From: Verrucomicrobiota bacterium
Lineage (GTDB): Bacteria; Verrucomicrobiota; Verrucomicrobiia; Limisphaerales; UBA11358
Direction of reading: 5' to 3'
DNA: 42,311 nucleotides
Assembly (NCBI GenBank): GCA_050013895.1
Contig: JBEKEJ010000001.1
Span: forward strand, 1-42,311
Both the position numbers and the translations under genes were made by a program. Shown piece after piece: positions 17,011 through 25,827 of this stretch; the first letter of the stretch is position 1, and each line of letters opens with the position of its first letter. The notes beneath the pieces were generated by a model. The model did no database searches. It worked only from the letters and a program-made list of their open reading frames with translations, and was not told the DNA's origin.

Positions 17011-18144
17011 ATGAAGACTGAAATGAAAATGATTGTCCCCGTCACCCTGGCCGCGCTCGTTTTTGGAGCGTGCTCCACCCCGGCCGCCACTGACCCTGCG
17101 TCCACGAATGCCGCACCGGCGGCGACCGCCACGAACTTCAATCCCGAAGCCGCGATGAGCGTGTTGTTCGGCGACCCCGTGATTGTCAAAGGCAACGGCC
17201 TTGAGATCAAGCGCAGCCAGTTGGATTCCGTGGCCAGCACCTTCAAAGAAATGCTCGCAGCCCGCGGATTGGCCGTGCCGCCCAATGTGGATGGGCAGGC
17301 GTTAAGGCAGTTGATTTTTCAACAATTGATACTCAGCAAAGCCACCGAGGCCGACAAGACCAAGGGCAAGGAGCAATTTAACGCTTTTTTGCAGAAGTTA
17401 AAAACCGCCCAGCACTTTACGGATGAACAGCTTAATCAAACGTTGGAAAAACAGTTGATACTGATGGGACAGACCCGAAGCCAGTGGGAGAAACAGCAAA
17501 TTGAACAAGCCACCATCCCGGTCGTGCTGGAACGTGAATTGAACATCACTGCGACCGACGCCGAAGCAAAAGATTACTACACCAACCATCCGGCGGATTT
17601 CGAGCAACCGGAAAAAGTCCATCTGGCTGACATTCTGCTTTTGACGCTGGACCCGAATACCGGATCACGACTGTCGGCGGATCAGCAGCAGGCCAAACGC
17701 AAAAAAATAGATGATCTGCTCAAGCGCGCGCGCGGCGGCGAGAATTTTACGAATCTCGCGGCGCAGTATTCCGAGGATCCAAACTCGAAGGACAATGGCG
17801 GTGAGCTGCCGCTTGTCTCACGGGACCAACTGCCGCCGGAACTGGCGGCGTCGGCGTTTTCACTCACTAACAACCAGGTCAGCGACGTCATCGAAATGTC
17901 TTCCGGTTATTGCATCATCAAGATGCTGGACAAAATCCCGGCCAAAAAAATGGATTACGCGACCGTGGCCGACGATTTGAAAGACGTATTGAAGGGGCAG
18001 AAAATCAATCGGCTGGCGCCGGCCTATCTGGAGAAATTGAAAACGGCATCCGGTGCGGAAATTCTGGATCCAAAACTGAAGGAGATGGAAATGGCTGCGG
18101 AAGCGGCCGCTTCCAACGCGCCTGCCATGACACCGGGGAAATGA
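17011..18144 (+). CDS. Peptidyl-prolyl cis-trans isomerase, parvulin/SurA-PrsA-like, probable lipoprotein
   Basis: It has a signal/lipobox LAALVFGAC. The PPIC-type rotamase domain reads KVHLADILLLT...LAAQYSEDPNSKDNGGELPLVSRDQLPPELAASAF..VSDVIEMSSGYCIIKM. Confidence 0.8.
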   Translation: MKTEMKMIVPVTLAALVFGACSTPAATDPASTNAAPAATATNFNPEAAMSVLFGDPVIVKGNGLEIKRSQLDSVASTFKEMLAARGLAVPPNVDGQALRQLIFQQLILSKATEADKTKGKEQFNAFLQKLKTAQHFTDEQLNQTLEKQLILMGQTRSQWEKQQIEQATIPVVLERELNITATDAEAKDYYTNHPADFEQPEKVHLADILLLTLDPNTGSRLSADQQQAKRKKIDDLLKRARGGENFTNLAAQYSEDPNSKDNGGELPLVSRDQLPPELAASAFSLTNNQVSDVIEMSSGYCIIKMLDKIPAKKMDYATVADDLKDVLKGQKINRLAPAYLEKLKTASGAEILDPKLKEMEMAAEAAASNAPAMTPGK

Positions 18145-18190
18145 CTCGGGCTTGCCAAAGGCACCGCGTCCAGCCATGTTCGAGAGCGTT

Positions 18191-18976
18191 ATGAAAACAA
18201 AAATGGCCATTGTCATACTCGCGGTGGTTTCTGCGGGATTGCTGGTCGCTTTGATTGCCGTGAACAAGACCACCAGCGACCAGTTGAAACACAACGCGGC
18301 CGTCATTCTGGCGTCTTCCAACCAGTTGATGGCCGCCAATGATCATGTCAACGACCTGCAGCAAGTCAATCTGGTGTTGACCAATAATTTTATCGCCAGT
18401 CAGCGACAGATCGCGGCGCTTTCCAATAGTTTGCACGAGACCTCCAGTGCGCTGGCCTCTGCCCGGGCGACGCTTCAGGGCGATCAGGACCAAATTACCA
18501 ACCTGAACGGCCGCATCGCCGACCTGGAAGCGCAGAACAAGGCGTTGGATGATCGTGCCACCGCGCTGACCAACACCATCGAAACGCTTAACGGGCAAAT
18601 CGCCGACACCGAACGAAAGCTCGCCGATTCCGAAACCAACAATGTATTCCTCGAAAAGCAATTGCAGCAGCAAATCGCGCAAAGGGCCGAATTGGAACGC
18701 AAGTTCGATGACCTCAATGAAGTCCGCGCCCAGGTCAAAAAGTTGCGCGACGAACTGTTTGTTGCCCGGCGGTTGCAGTGGATGCGCAGCGGCGTCACCG
18801 ACCAGAAGGGCGCCGAATTGCTGGTGCAGCCGCGCACCGCCGCCTCCGTCGCCGCCGCCGCCGCCGCGGTCAAGCAGCCGCCGCGTTACGATTTGAACGT
18901 TGAAGTCGGTTCCGACGGCTCCGTCCATGTCATTCCGCCGCCGACCAATGCGACGACGCATACACCGGCGCCCTAA
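18191..18976 (+). CDS. Membrane-anchored coiled-coil protein, unknown function
   Basis: The ATG at 18191 is preceded by GAGAG and gives MKTKMAIVILAVVSAGLLVALIAV (TM). About 180 aa of heptad-like Q/L/N/A-rich sequence follow. Alternative ATG at 18176. Confidence 0.55.
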   Translation: MKTKMAIVILAVVSAGLLVALIAVNKTTSDQLKHNAAVILASSNQLMAANDHVNDLQQVNLVLTNNFIASQRQIAALSNSLHETSSALASARATLQGDQDQITNLNGRIADLEAQNKALDDRATALTNTIETLNGQIADTERKLADSETNNVFLEKQLQQQIAQRAELERKFDDLNEVRAQVKKLRDELFVARRLQWMRSGVTDQKGAELLVQPRTAASVAAAAAAVKQPPRYDLNVEVGSDGSVHVIPPPTNATTHTPAP

Positions 18977-19013
18977 GCGGTTGGCGCCGCGGGGATCTGT
19001 TCGCAAATTGCCG

Positions 19014-19331
19014 ATGCCGACTTACGAATATATTTGCGAGAAATGCGGGTGCGAGTTTGAGGCCTTTCAGGCCATTTCCGCCAAACCGCTGCGAATTTGC
19101 CCGGAGGCATCCTGCGCCCGGAAAAAATGGGGGCGCGGGCGCGTGAAACGCAAAATCAGCGCCGGCGGCGGCCTGCTTTTCAAGGGCAGCGGCTTTTATA
19201 CCACCGATTATCGGAGCGAAGGCTACCAACAGGCGGCGAAAAAAGAATCCGCTCCGTCCAAACCCGAATCCAAACCCGCCGAGACCAAAACTGCTCCGGC
19301 AAAATCCGCGCCCAAGGCGGATAAAAAATGA
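19014..19331 (+). CDS. FmdB-family zinc-ribbon protein
   Basis: MPTYEYICEKCGCEFEAFQAISAKPLRICPEASC has the CxxC...CxxxxC layout and the M-P-x-Y-E-Y signature of the FmdB/CxxC_CxxC_SSSS family. Confidence 0.8.
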   Translation: MPTYEYICEKCGCEFEAFQAISAKPLRICPEASCARKKWGRGRVKRKISAGGGLLFKGSGFYTTDYRSEGYQQAAKKESAPSKPESKPAETKTAPAKSAPKADKK

Positions 19332-20734
19332 TCGGCCCGTTGAACCGGTTAATCGTTCAAGCGTTGAAACGGTTCAACGATCCTATGGTCCAACGATTGA
19401 ACGGACCGGCGCTTTTGGTCTGCGCGTTGTTTTGGCCGGTGTTTGCCGGCGGACAACCCTCCCCACCGGCTGTGAATTCCGTGCAAAGCGCTTCCGGCCA
19501 GTTCGTTGTGACCGGCCCGGCGCAATTTTCATCGCCCGTTCGTCCGCCCGGCCTGGCAATGAATACCAATCTGGTCCGGCTGGAACCGGCCCTGTTGTCG
19601 GTCTCCGCCGAGCGCATCAAAGAATCGCTCCGGCGCAAGCTCGGCATTGATCCCAACGCGCCCTGGCAGGGGAAAATTTTTCTGGTCCTGCATCCGGCGC
19701 AATTGCCCGACGAAGACGTTACGATTGTCTCCCAGCCTTTCCTCAACGGCTGGAATTATCGGGTGCAATTGCCGGACGTTCTGCCGCCATCCCGTTTCCT
19801 GCGCGCGATGACCAGCGTGTTGCTGCTGGAACTGGCCAATCGCAACGCCACGGGCGCGCGCGCCGCGGAAATCCCCGGCTGGCTGACCGACGGTCTGGCC
19901 CAACAATTGCCCGCCGCCGGTTCGCCGGAAATTATTCTGTCGGCGCCGGGCCGGCTCGTGGACGGCCTGCCGCAAAGCCGCACGGTCATAACGCAGCGCG
20001 GGGTGGACCCGCTCGCCGGCGCGCGCCGCGTGTTGCGCGACCATGCCGCGCTGACGTTCGACCAATTGAGCTGGCCGGCCGACGCCCAACTGACCGGCGA
20101 GGATGGCGGTGTGTATCTAGCCAGCGCACAATTGTTCGTGAGTGAATTGCTCGGCCTGCAAAACGGCCCGGCGCATTTGCGGACGATGCTCGCGGCTTTG
20201 CCGGGTTGTTATAACTGGCAGACCGCGTTTCAAAGCGCGTTCCGTGAATATTTTCCGCGGCCGCTCGACGTGGAAAAATGGTGGGCCCTGCAGGTCGTGA
20301 GCTTCGTGGCGCATGGCCCCGGGCCGCGGTGGACGCCCGCCGTCAGCCGCGAAGAACTGGATGAAATTTTGAGCGTGCCGGTGGAAGTTTGGACCGCGTC
20401 AAACACCCTGCCCGCGCACGCGGAAATTTCCCTGCAGGCCGTCATCCGCAATTTTGAGCCGCCGCGCCAGGTGGCGATTCTTGAATCCAAATTGCGCGAT
20501 CTCGAACTGGCACAACTCCGCGTGGCCGCGCCGCTGGCCGCCTTGACGGATGAATATCGCCGTACCGTTGCCAATTACCTCGGCCAGAACCGGGAAATCC
20601 GCCAGCCGCTTTGGAGCAAACATCCGTTGCCGCCGAAAACGGGCGCGCGCGCGACGTTGAAAAAACTGGACGCACTCGACACGCAACGGCAGACCATCGA
20701 ATCGTCCATCAAACCGGACGTGTTCACCCCATAA
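19328..20734 (+). CDS. Secreted hypothetical protein with a degenerate peptidase-MA-like motif pair
   Basis: Its ATG overlaps the upstream stop (ATGA at 19328-19331). A hydrophobic signal LLVCALFWPVFAG follows. LLLELANR...IPGWLTDGLAQQL resembles HExxH...PxWxxEGLA of MA-clan peptidase-like proteins, but both His positions are replaced. Confidence 0.5.
   Translation: MIGPLNRLIVQALKRFNDPMVQRLNGPALLVCALFWPVFAGGQPSPPAVNSVQSASGQFVVTGPAQFSSPVRPPGLAMNTNLVRLEPALLSVSAERIKESLRRKLGIDPNAPWQGKIFLVLHPAQLPDEDVTIVSQPFLNGWNYRVQLPDVLPPSRFLRAMTSVLLLELANRNATGARAAEIPGWLTDGLAQQLPAAGSPEIILSAPGRLVDGLPQSRTVITQRGVDPLAGARRVLRDHAALTFDQLSWPADAQLTGEDGGVYLASAQLFVSELLGLQNGPAHLRTMLAALPGCYNWQTAFQSAFREYFPRPLDVEKWWALQVVSFVAHGPGPRWTPAVSREELDEILSVPVEVWTASNTLPAHAEISLQAVIRNFEPPRQVAILESKLRDLELAQLRVAAPLAALTDEYRRTVANYLGQNREIRQPLWSKHPLPPKTGARATLKKLDALDTQRQTIESSIKPDVFTP
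19338..19404. repeat. REP-like element (RFND / QRLNG-type junk translation) at a gene junction
   Basis: GTTGAAC/GTTCAAC-type motifs recur here, with the palindromic core CGTTGAAACGGTTCAACG (19362-19379). The element overlaps the first codons of ORF 19328..20734. Confidence 0.5.
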
Positions 20735-20767
20735 AGCTTGAACGCGGCGATGCCGGCCATGGCCGAC

Positions 20768-20795
20768 TTGACAGGGCTCAATTCAAACTTATAGT
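20768..20795 (+). promoter_or_regulatory. Near-consensus sigma-70-type promoter upstream of the KamA-family gene
   Basis: TTGACA (20768-20773), a 16-nt spacer, then TATAGT (20790-20795). The only in-frame ATG before codon 62 is at 20807. Confidence 0.45.
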
Positions 20796-20806
20796 TTTCA
20801 TTTGAA

Positions 20807-22045
20807 ATGAAGGATGACAATTCGCAGGCAAATGGCGGGGAGCCGCCATCCGGCCGCCGATTCCGATTTTTGAAGGAATTTCACTCCGCCGGTCGTGGCT
20901 TCTGGCACGATGTTCCGGCGGCCGATTGGAACGACTGGCGCTGGCAGCTCAAGCACCGCATCGCCACACCAGAGCAATTGCAGCGGCTGATGCCCACGCT
21001 CACCCCGGAGGAATTCGCCGGCGCAAAACTGGCGAACCACAGGCTCGCGCTCGCCATCACGCCGTATTTCTTCAACTTGATTGATCCGGCGGATGAACAT
21101 TGCCCGATTCGCCGCCAGGTCATACCGCGCATTGAGGAAATCCACACCGCGCCGTGGGAAATGAGCGATCCCTGCGGCGAGGATTCGCACTCGCCCGTGC
21201 CCGGACTCGTGCATCGCTACCCCGACCGCGTGCTGTTCCTCGTCACCGACCGCTGCGCCGCGTATTGCCGCTATTGCACGCGCTCCCGGCTCGTCAGCAA
21301 CGCCAGCGGCTACGATTTCCATCCCGAATTCGACCGGCAAATCGCCTACATCGCGCAACACCCCGAAATCCGCGACGTGCTGTTGAGCGGCGGCGACCCG
21401 TTGTTGCTGAGCGATGAAAAACTGGATGGCCTTTTGGGCCGGCTGCGCGCCATTCCGCACGTTGAATTTTTGCGCGTCGGTTCGCGCATCCCGACCTTCC
21501 TGCCCCAGCGCATCACGCCCGGACTCTGCGCCATGTTGAAGAAATTCCATCCGCTGTTCATGAGCATTCACTCGAACCATCCGCGCGAACTGACCACGGA
21601 AGTCCGCGACGCGCTGGGCCGCCTCGCCGATGCCGGCATCCCGCTCGGCAACCAGTCCGTCCTCCTCAAACACGTCAACGACGATGCCGGCGTGATGCAG
21701 GCGCACGTCCAGAAACTTCTGATGTGCCGCGTGAAGCCGTATTATCTTTACCAGTGCGATTTGATTTCCGGCTCGGCGCACCTGCGCGCCAGCGTCCGCA
21801 AAGGCATTGAAATCATGACCCAACTGCGCGGCCACACGACCGGTTATGCCGTGCCGCAATACGTCATCGACGCGCCCGGCGGCGGCGGCAAGGTGCCCAT
21901 CAATCCGGACTACGTATTGAGCCACAACCCCGACCGCGTGGTGCTGCGCAATTACGAGGGCAAAATTTTCGAATATCCCGAAGCGCCCGACGGCACGCCG
22001 CTGGTCAACGCGCCAAAAGAAATTGAAGACCCGCAATTGGCCTGA
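20807..22045 (+). CDS. kamA: KamA-family radical SAM enzyme (lysine 2,3-aminomutase-like)
   Basis: 412 aa. It has DWNDWRWQLKHRI, the radical SAM cluster motif CAAYCRYCTRS (CxxxCxxC), SGGDPLLL and the C-terminal YVIDAPGGGGKVP. Confidence 0.8.
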   Translation: MKDDNSQANGGEPPSGRRFRFLKEFHSAGRGFWHDVPAADWNDWRWQLKHRIATPEQLQRLMPTLTPEEFAGAKLANHRLALAITPYFFNLIDPADEHCPIRRQVIPRIEEIHTAPWEMSDPCGEDSHSPVPGLVHRYPDRVLFLVTDRCAAYCRYCTRSRLVSNASGYDFHPEFDRQIAYIAQHPEIRDVLLSGGDPLLLSDEKLDGLLGRLRAIPHVEFLRVGSRIPTFLPQRITPGLCAMLKKFHPLFMSIHSNHPRELTTEVRDALGRLADAGIPLGNQSVLLKHVNDDAGVMQAHVQKLLMCRVKPYYLYQCDLISGSAHLRASVRKGIEIMTQLRGHTTGYAVPQYVIDAPGGGGKVPINPDYVLSHNPDRVVLRNYEGKIFEYPEAPDGTPLVNAPKEIEDPQLA

Positions 22046-22250
22046 TTCCCGGCCAAACCGCGGCTGCTAGGCGATCCGACATCTTTCGTTCTTTCGTGAT
22101 GTGGTAAAAATTTTGCTTGCGCCCAAAGTTCGCCTACTTATATTCGTTATCCCTTGTCTCAAAAAATGTTATTTTTTGGTGAAGCCGGGCGGTTTCACTG
22201 ATTGATGACCGGGAAACAAGGTGTGTGCAAAAACGAAGAAAGGAAGAAAT

Positions 22251-22733
22251 ATGAAACTCAAGATTATTGGTGCCGGTATCGCAACGTGTCTGGTTGCCGC
22301 CTCGCTCAGCGGGTGCGGAAACAAGGAAACCACGCCTCCTTCGACGGAAGTCCCAAAAGCTCCTGAAAGCGCAATGCCGAACGCACCGGCCGCTGCCCCC
22401 GCCGCGCCCGCCGCCGCGCCCGCCGCCGAAAAGGCCGCAGCCACGGCGGTCACGCAGGCCACCCAGGCGGTGCAACAGGCGACCACCGCCGCCGCCCCTC
22501 AAACTGATGCGGCCACGGCGCAGGCGCAGGGATTGATTGACAAGGCGAAGAACTTCGTCACCGAGAAGAAGTATCAGGACGCGCTGGATACTGTCAATCA
22601 GTTGAACAACATGAAATTGACACCGGACCAGCAAAAGCTGGTGGACGATCTGAAGGCGCAAATTCAAAAACTGATGGCTGCTCAGGCGACGTCCGAAGCC
22701 ACCAAAGCGGCCGGCGGCCTTTTAGGGAAATAG
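22251..22733 (+). CDS. Ala/Pro-rich lipoprotein, unknown function
   Basis: AGGAAG precedes the ATG at 22251. [25 protein letters not shown] carries a lipobox. A low-complexity [14 protein letters not shown] linker is followed by a helical C-terminus. Confidence 0.6.
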   Translation: MKLKIIGAGIATCLVAASLSGCGNKETTPPSTEVPKAPESAMPNAPAAAPAAPAAAPAAEKAAATAVTQATQAVQQATTAAAPQTDAATAQAQGLIDKAKNFVTEKKYQDALDTVNQLNNMKLTPDQQKLVDDLKAQIQKLMAAQATSEATKAAGGLLGK

Positions 22734-22801
22734 CGTCAGCTTCGCACTGGCTCGGAAAATTCAGCCGCTGACGAACGCCAGCGGCCCAAACAATTGCGAC
22801 C

Positions 22802-25114
22802 ATGAACCCGAAATCCTTTCACACCTGGAAATTCTTCCGCGCCGGCGGCTTCAACCAGGTTGTCCTCAACTCGGGAGCGGATCTCCTCGACCTCGACCAG
22901 TTAGACCAGAAGCTCTGGGTCGCCTTGGCCTGTCCCACCACGGGCGTCGAGTTCGATAAAACCACACTCGCGCTGATCGACACGGACAAGGACGGTCGCA
23001 TCCGCGCGCCGGAACTGATTGCCGCCGTCAAATGGGCCGTTGGCCTGCTCCATAACCCGGATGACTTGCTTAAGGGCAGCCCGACGCTGCGTCCGGCGGC
23101 GATCAACGACGCCAATCCGGAGGGTAAATTGATTGCCAATTTTGCCAGGCAGGTGCTGGGTAAGACGGATAACGCGGAAATCACCATTGACGAAGCCGCC
23201 ACCGCCGCGCAGACCTTCGCCGCCAAACCGTTCAACGGCGACGGCATCGTGCCCGCCGACTCCGCCGGTGACGACGCCACCAGGGCGGTTATCGCCGACA
23301 TCATCACCTCCCTCGGTGCGGACACCGATGCCAGCGGTAAACCCGGCGTCAGCCAAGCCAAAGTGGATCAGTTTTTTGCCGAGGCCGCAGCCTATTCTGA
23401 TTGGTGGAAAAAGGCCGAAGCTGACACCGCCGTGTTGCCGCTGGGCGTGAACACCGAAGCGGCCTCCGGCGCCGTCAAGGCTGTCAAAGCCAAGGTGGAC
23501 GACTATTTTGCGCGCGGACGGCTGGCCGCCTTCGATCCGCGCTCCGTCAATGCGCTGAACCGTGACGAGAAGGAATACGCCGCCTTGGGTGCCAAAGATT
23601 TGACCAACACGCACGCCGACATTGCCAGTCTGCCGCTGGCGAAAGTCGGAGCCACCGCGCCGCTGCCGCTGACGCAAGGCATTAACCCGGCGTGGGCCAA
23701 CGCCATTGCCGCGCTGCAAACCAACGCCATCGTCCCCTTGCTCGGCGCCCGAACCGTGCTGACCGAGGCCGATTGGAACGCGCTGGTCGGCAAACTCGCC
23801 GCTTTCGATGCCTGGAATGCGGTCAAGACCGGCGCCGCGGTCGAAAAAATCGGATTGAAACGCGCGCGGGAGATTCTCGCCACGAAAGCCAAAGACACCC
23901 TGACCGCTCTCATCGGCAAAGACAAGACTGAGGAAGGACATGCCCAAGCCGTAATTGGCCTGCACCGCCTGATCCACTACCACCGCGATCTGGCTAAACT
24001 TTGTCGTAACTTCGTCAATTTTGCCGATTTTTATGGCCGGAAGGACAAAGCCATTTTCCAGGCGGGCACGCTTTATCTCGACCAGCGCAGTTGCGATCTC
24101 TGCCTCATGGTGGATGACGCGGGCAAACATGCCGCGATGGCCGCGCTCGCGGGGACCTACCTCGCCTATTGTGACTGCACGCGCAAAGGCAGCGGGGAAA
24201 AACTGTCCATCGTCGCCGCGTTCACCGGCGGCGATTCGGACAATCTCATGGTGGGCCGCAACGGGATTTTCTACGACCGCAAAGGCCGCGACTGGGACGC
24301 CACCATAACCAAGCTCGTGGACAACCCCATCAGCATCCGGCAGGCGTTCTGGTCGCCTTATAAGAAGCTGGTGCGCCTGATTGAGGAACGCGCTGCCAAA
24401 CAGGCCGCGGCCGCGGAGGCCGGTGCCAACGCGCAATTGACTGCCGCTGCCAACGCTCCAGCTGCCCCGGTGGCGCCAGCGGCCCCAGCGGCCCCAGCCG
24501 CTCCGGCCAAACCCGCATTTGACCCCAGCGTCATCGCCCTGCTCAGTTTGGCGTTGGGCACTTTGGCAGCGGCGTTTGCGGGTCTTTTGGGTTTCCTTGG
24601 CAAATTTGAAACGTGGCAGGTGCCGCTGGTCATCGTCGGCATCATGCTGGTCATTTCCGCTCCGTCCATGGCCATTGCCTGGTTGAAGTTGCGCAAGCGC
24701 AACCTCGGGCCGATCCTCGACGCCAACGGCTGGGCCGTGAATGCCAAGGCCAAAATGAATGTTCCATTCGGCGGCGCGTTGACCGGGGTGGCGGCCCTGC
24801 CGCCAGGTTCCACCTTCGGCGCGGCGGATGCGTATGCCGAAAAACCCTCCATCTGGCCCAAACTGCTCCTCTTCGCCTTTGGCGTCTGGTTCATCTGGGC
24901 ATTCCTCAATGACAGCGAAGGCCGCTTGTGGCGCTGGACTGAAGGCAAAGACAGCCTCGCTGGTATTCATAAGATTGCCAAAGTTCCCGTGGCCATCCAG
25001 AAAGCCTTGGATGAACAAATCGAGAAGACTAAGACTCCGTCGACCCCGGCCGTTCCAGCCGCCCCGTCGGCCCCGGCTACTTCGACAACTTCCGCCGCGC
25101 CGGGTACGCCATAA
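22802..25114 (+). CDS. Large orphan protein: about 560-aa soluble region with one canonical EF-hand loop, Ala/Pro linker, C-terminal 3-TM module
   Basis: 770-aa ORF. DTDKDGRIRAPE (nt 22979-23014) fits the 12-residue EF-hand loop exactly. TM segments are VIALLSLALGTLAAAFAGLLGFL, PLVIVGIMLVISAPSMAIAWL and LLLFAFGVWFIWAFL. Confidence 0.7.
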   Translation: MNPKSFHTWKFFRAGGFNQVVLNSGADLLDLDQLDQKLWVALACPTTGVEFDKTTLALIDTDKDGRIRAPELIAAVKWAVGLLHNPDDLLKGSPTLRPAAINDANPEGKLIANFARQVLGKTDNAEITIDEAATAAQTFAAKPFNGDGIVPADSAGDDATRAVIADIITSLGADTDASGKPGVSQAKVDQFFAEAAAYSDWWKKAEADTAVLPLGVNTEAASGAVKAVKAKVDDYFARGRLAAFDPRSVNALNRDEKEYAALGAKDLTNTHADIASLPLAKVGATAPLPLTQGINPAWANAIAALQTNAIVPLLGARTVLTEADWNALVGKLAAFDAWNAVKTGAAVEKIGLKRAREILATKAKDTLTALIGKDKTEEGHAQAVIGLHRLIHYHRDLAKLCRNFVNFADFYGRKDKAIFQAGTLYLDQRSCDLCLMVDDAGKHAAMAALAGTYLAYCDCTRKGSGEKLSIVAAFTGGDSDNLMVGRNGIFYDRKGRDWDATITKLVDNPISIRQAFWSPYKKLVRLIEERAAKQAAAAEAGANAQLTAAANAPAAPVAPAAPAAPAAPAKPAFDPSVIALLSLALGTLAAAFAGLLGFLGKFETWQVPLVIVGIMLVISAPSMAIAWLKLRKRNLGPILDANGWAVNAKAKMNVPFGGALTGVAALPPGSTFGAADAYAEKPSIWPKLLLFAFGVWFIWAFLNDSEGRLWRWTEGKDSLAGIHKIAKVPVAIQKALDEQIEKTKTPSTPAVPAAPSAPATSTTSAAPGTP

Positions 25115-25210
25115 TCCATCGCCTCAATTCCATGCCCGGGTGTTCGCATCCGGGCTTCCTTATTTCCTGCGCGTGCAAATATCATTTTGATGGCCGCGAA
25201 TCCGCCGCTC

Positions 25211-25648
25211 TGGCAGATGCCGCTGGAATCGCAGGCATCCTCCTCGCGATCTTCCATCCCCTCAATGATCATCGCGTAGCTCAAACTGCGGAAACGCAAA
25301 CTCGGCCCCATCCTCGACGCCAAGGGTTGGGCTGTAAACAAGGCAAAAATCAATGTGCTCTTCGGCGGTTCGCTGACCGAAGTCGCCGTCCTGCCGCCCG
25401 GTTCGCAGCGCGACCTGGTGGATCCCTTCGCCGAGAAATGGAAGACGTGGGGATTGCAGGCAACGATTATCGTCATTCTGTTGCTTGCCGGCTATGGGTA
25501 CTTTGGCAAGCTCGACAACGTGCTGCCCGACACAATCAAGAGCACGACCGTCCTTGGCACCAATGCGCCGGCTTCCGGACGTCATTCTCCTGCCGATTCG
25601 GGCGTGACGAATACAAAGGCGACAGCAACTGGCTCGCTGGCAAAGTAG
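25211..25648 (+). pseudogene. Decayed paralogous copy of the C-terminal membrane module of the upstream 770-aa gene
   Basis: WQMPL..IAGILLAI..SIPSMIIA*LKLRKRKLGPILDAKGWAVNKAKINVLFGGSLTEVAVLPPGS aligns with parent WQVPLVIVGIMLVISAPSMAIAWLKLRKRNLGPILDANGWAVNAKAKMNVPFGGALTGVAALPPGS. It needs two compensating 1-nt frameshifts. A TAG (25277-25279) stands where the parent has TGG (24680-24682). Confidence 0.55.
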
Positions 25649-25668
25649 CGCGTCAATCCCTAAGCTTT

Positions 25669-25723
25669 TGCGCAAATTATGCGCAAAATTAGGTATTGAC
25701 AAATTGAATGATGTGGATAAACA
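25669..25723 (+). promoter_or_regulatory. Candidate operator (two TGCGCAAA boxes 11 bp apart) plus putative promoter of the OmcB-like gene
   Basis: TGCGCAAA occurs at 25669-25676 (inside the perfect palindrome TTTGCGCAAA) and again at 25680-25687. TTGACA at 25696-25701, a 16-nt spacer, then TAAACA at 25718-25723. Confidence 0.3.
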
Positions 25724-25827
25724 TTCAGCTAATCATTCTGGCGGGTATTCTCAAATTGTCTCACCGCGGAAACCCGCCACAATAATTGAAAGGCACAAAG
25801 TACCACAACTAACAACCAACTAGATCT

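Noticed and set aside
22370-22440. Repetitive GCCGCNCCCGCC tracts here, at 24455-24510 and at 26020-26100, which look like tandem DNA repeats.
   Set aside because: They encode Ala/Pro-rich linkers ([51 protein letters not shown]) inside three different envelope proteins. This is compositional low complexity rather than a shared repeat element.
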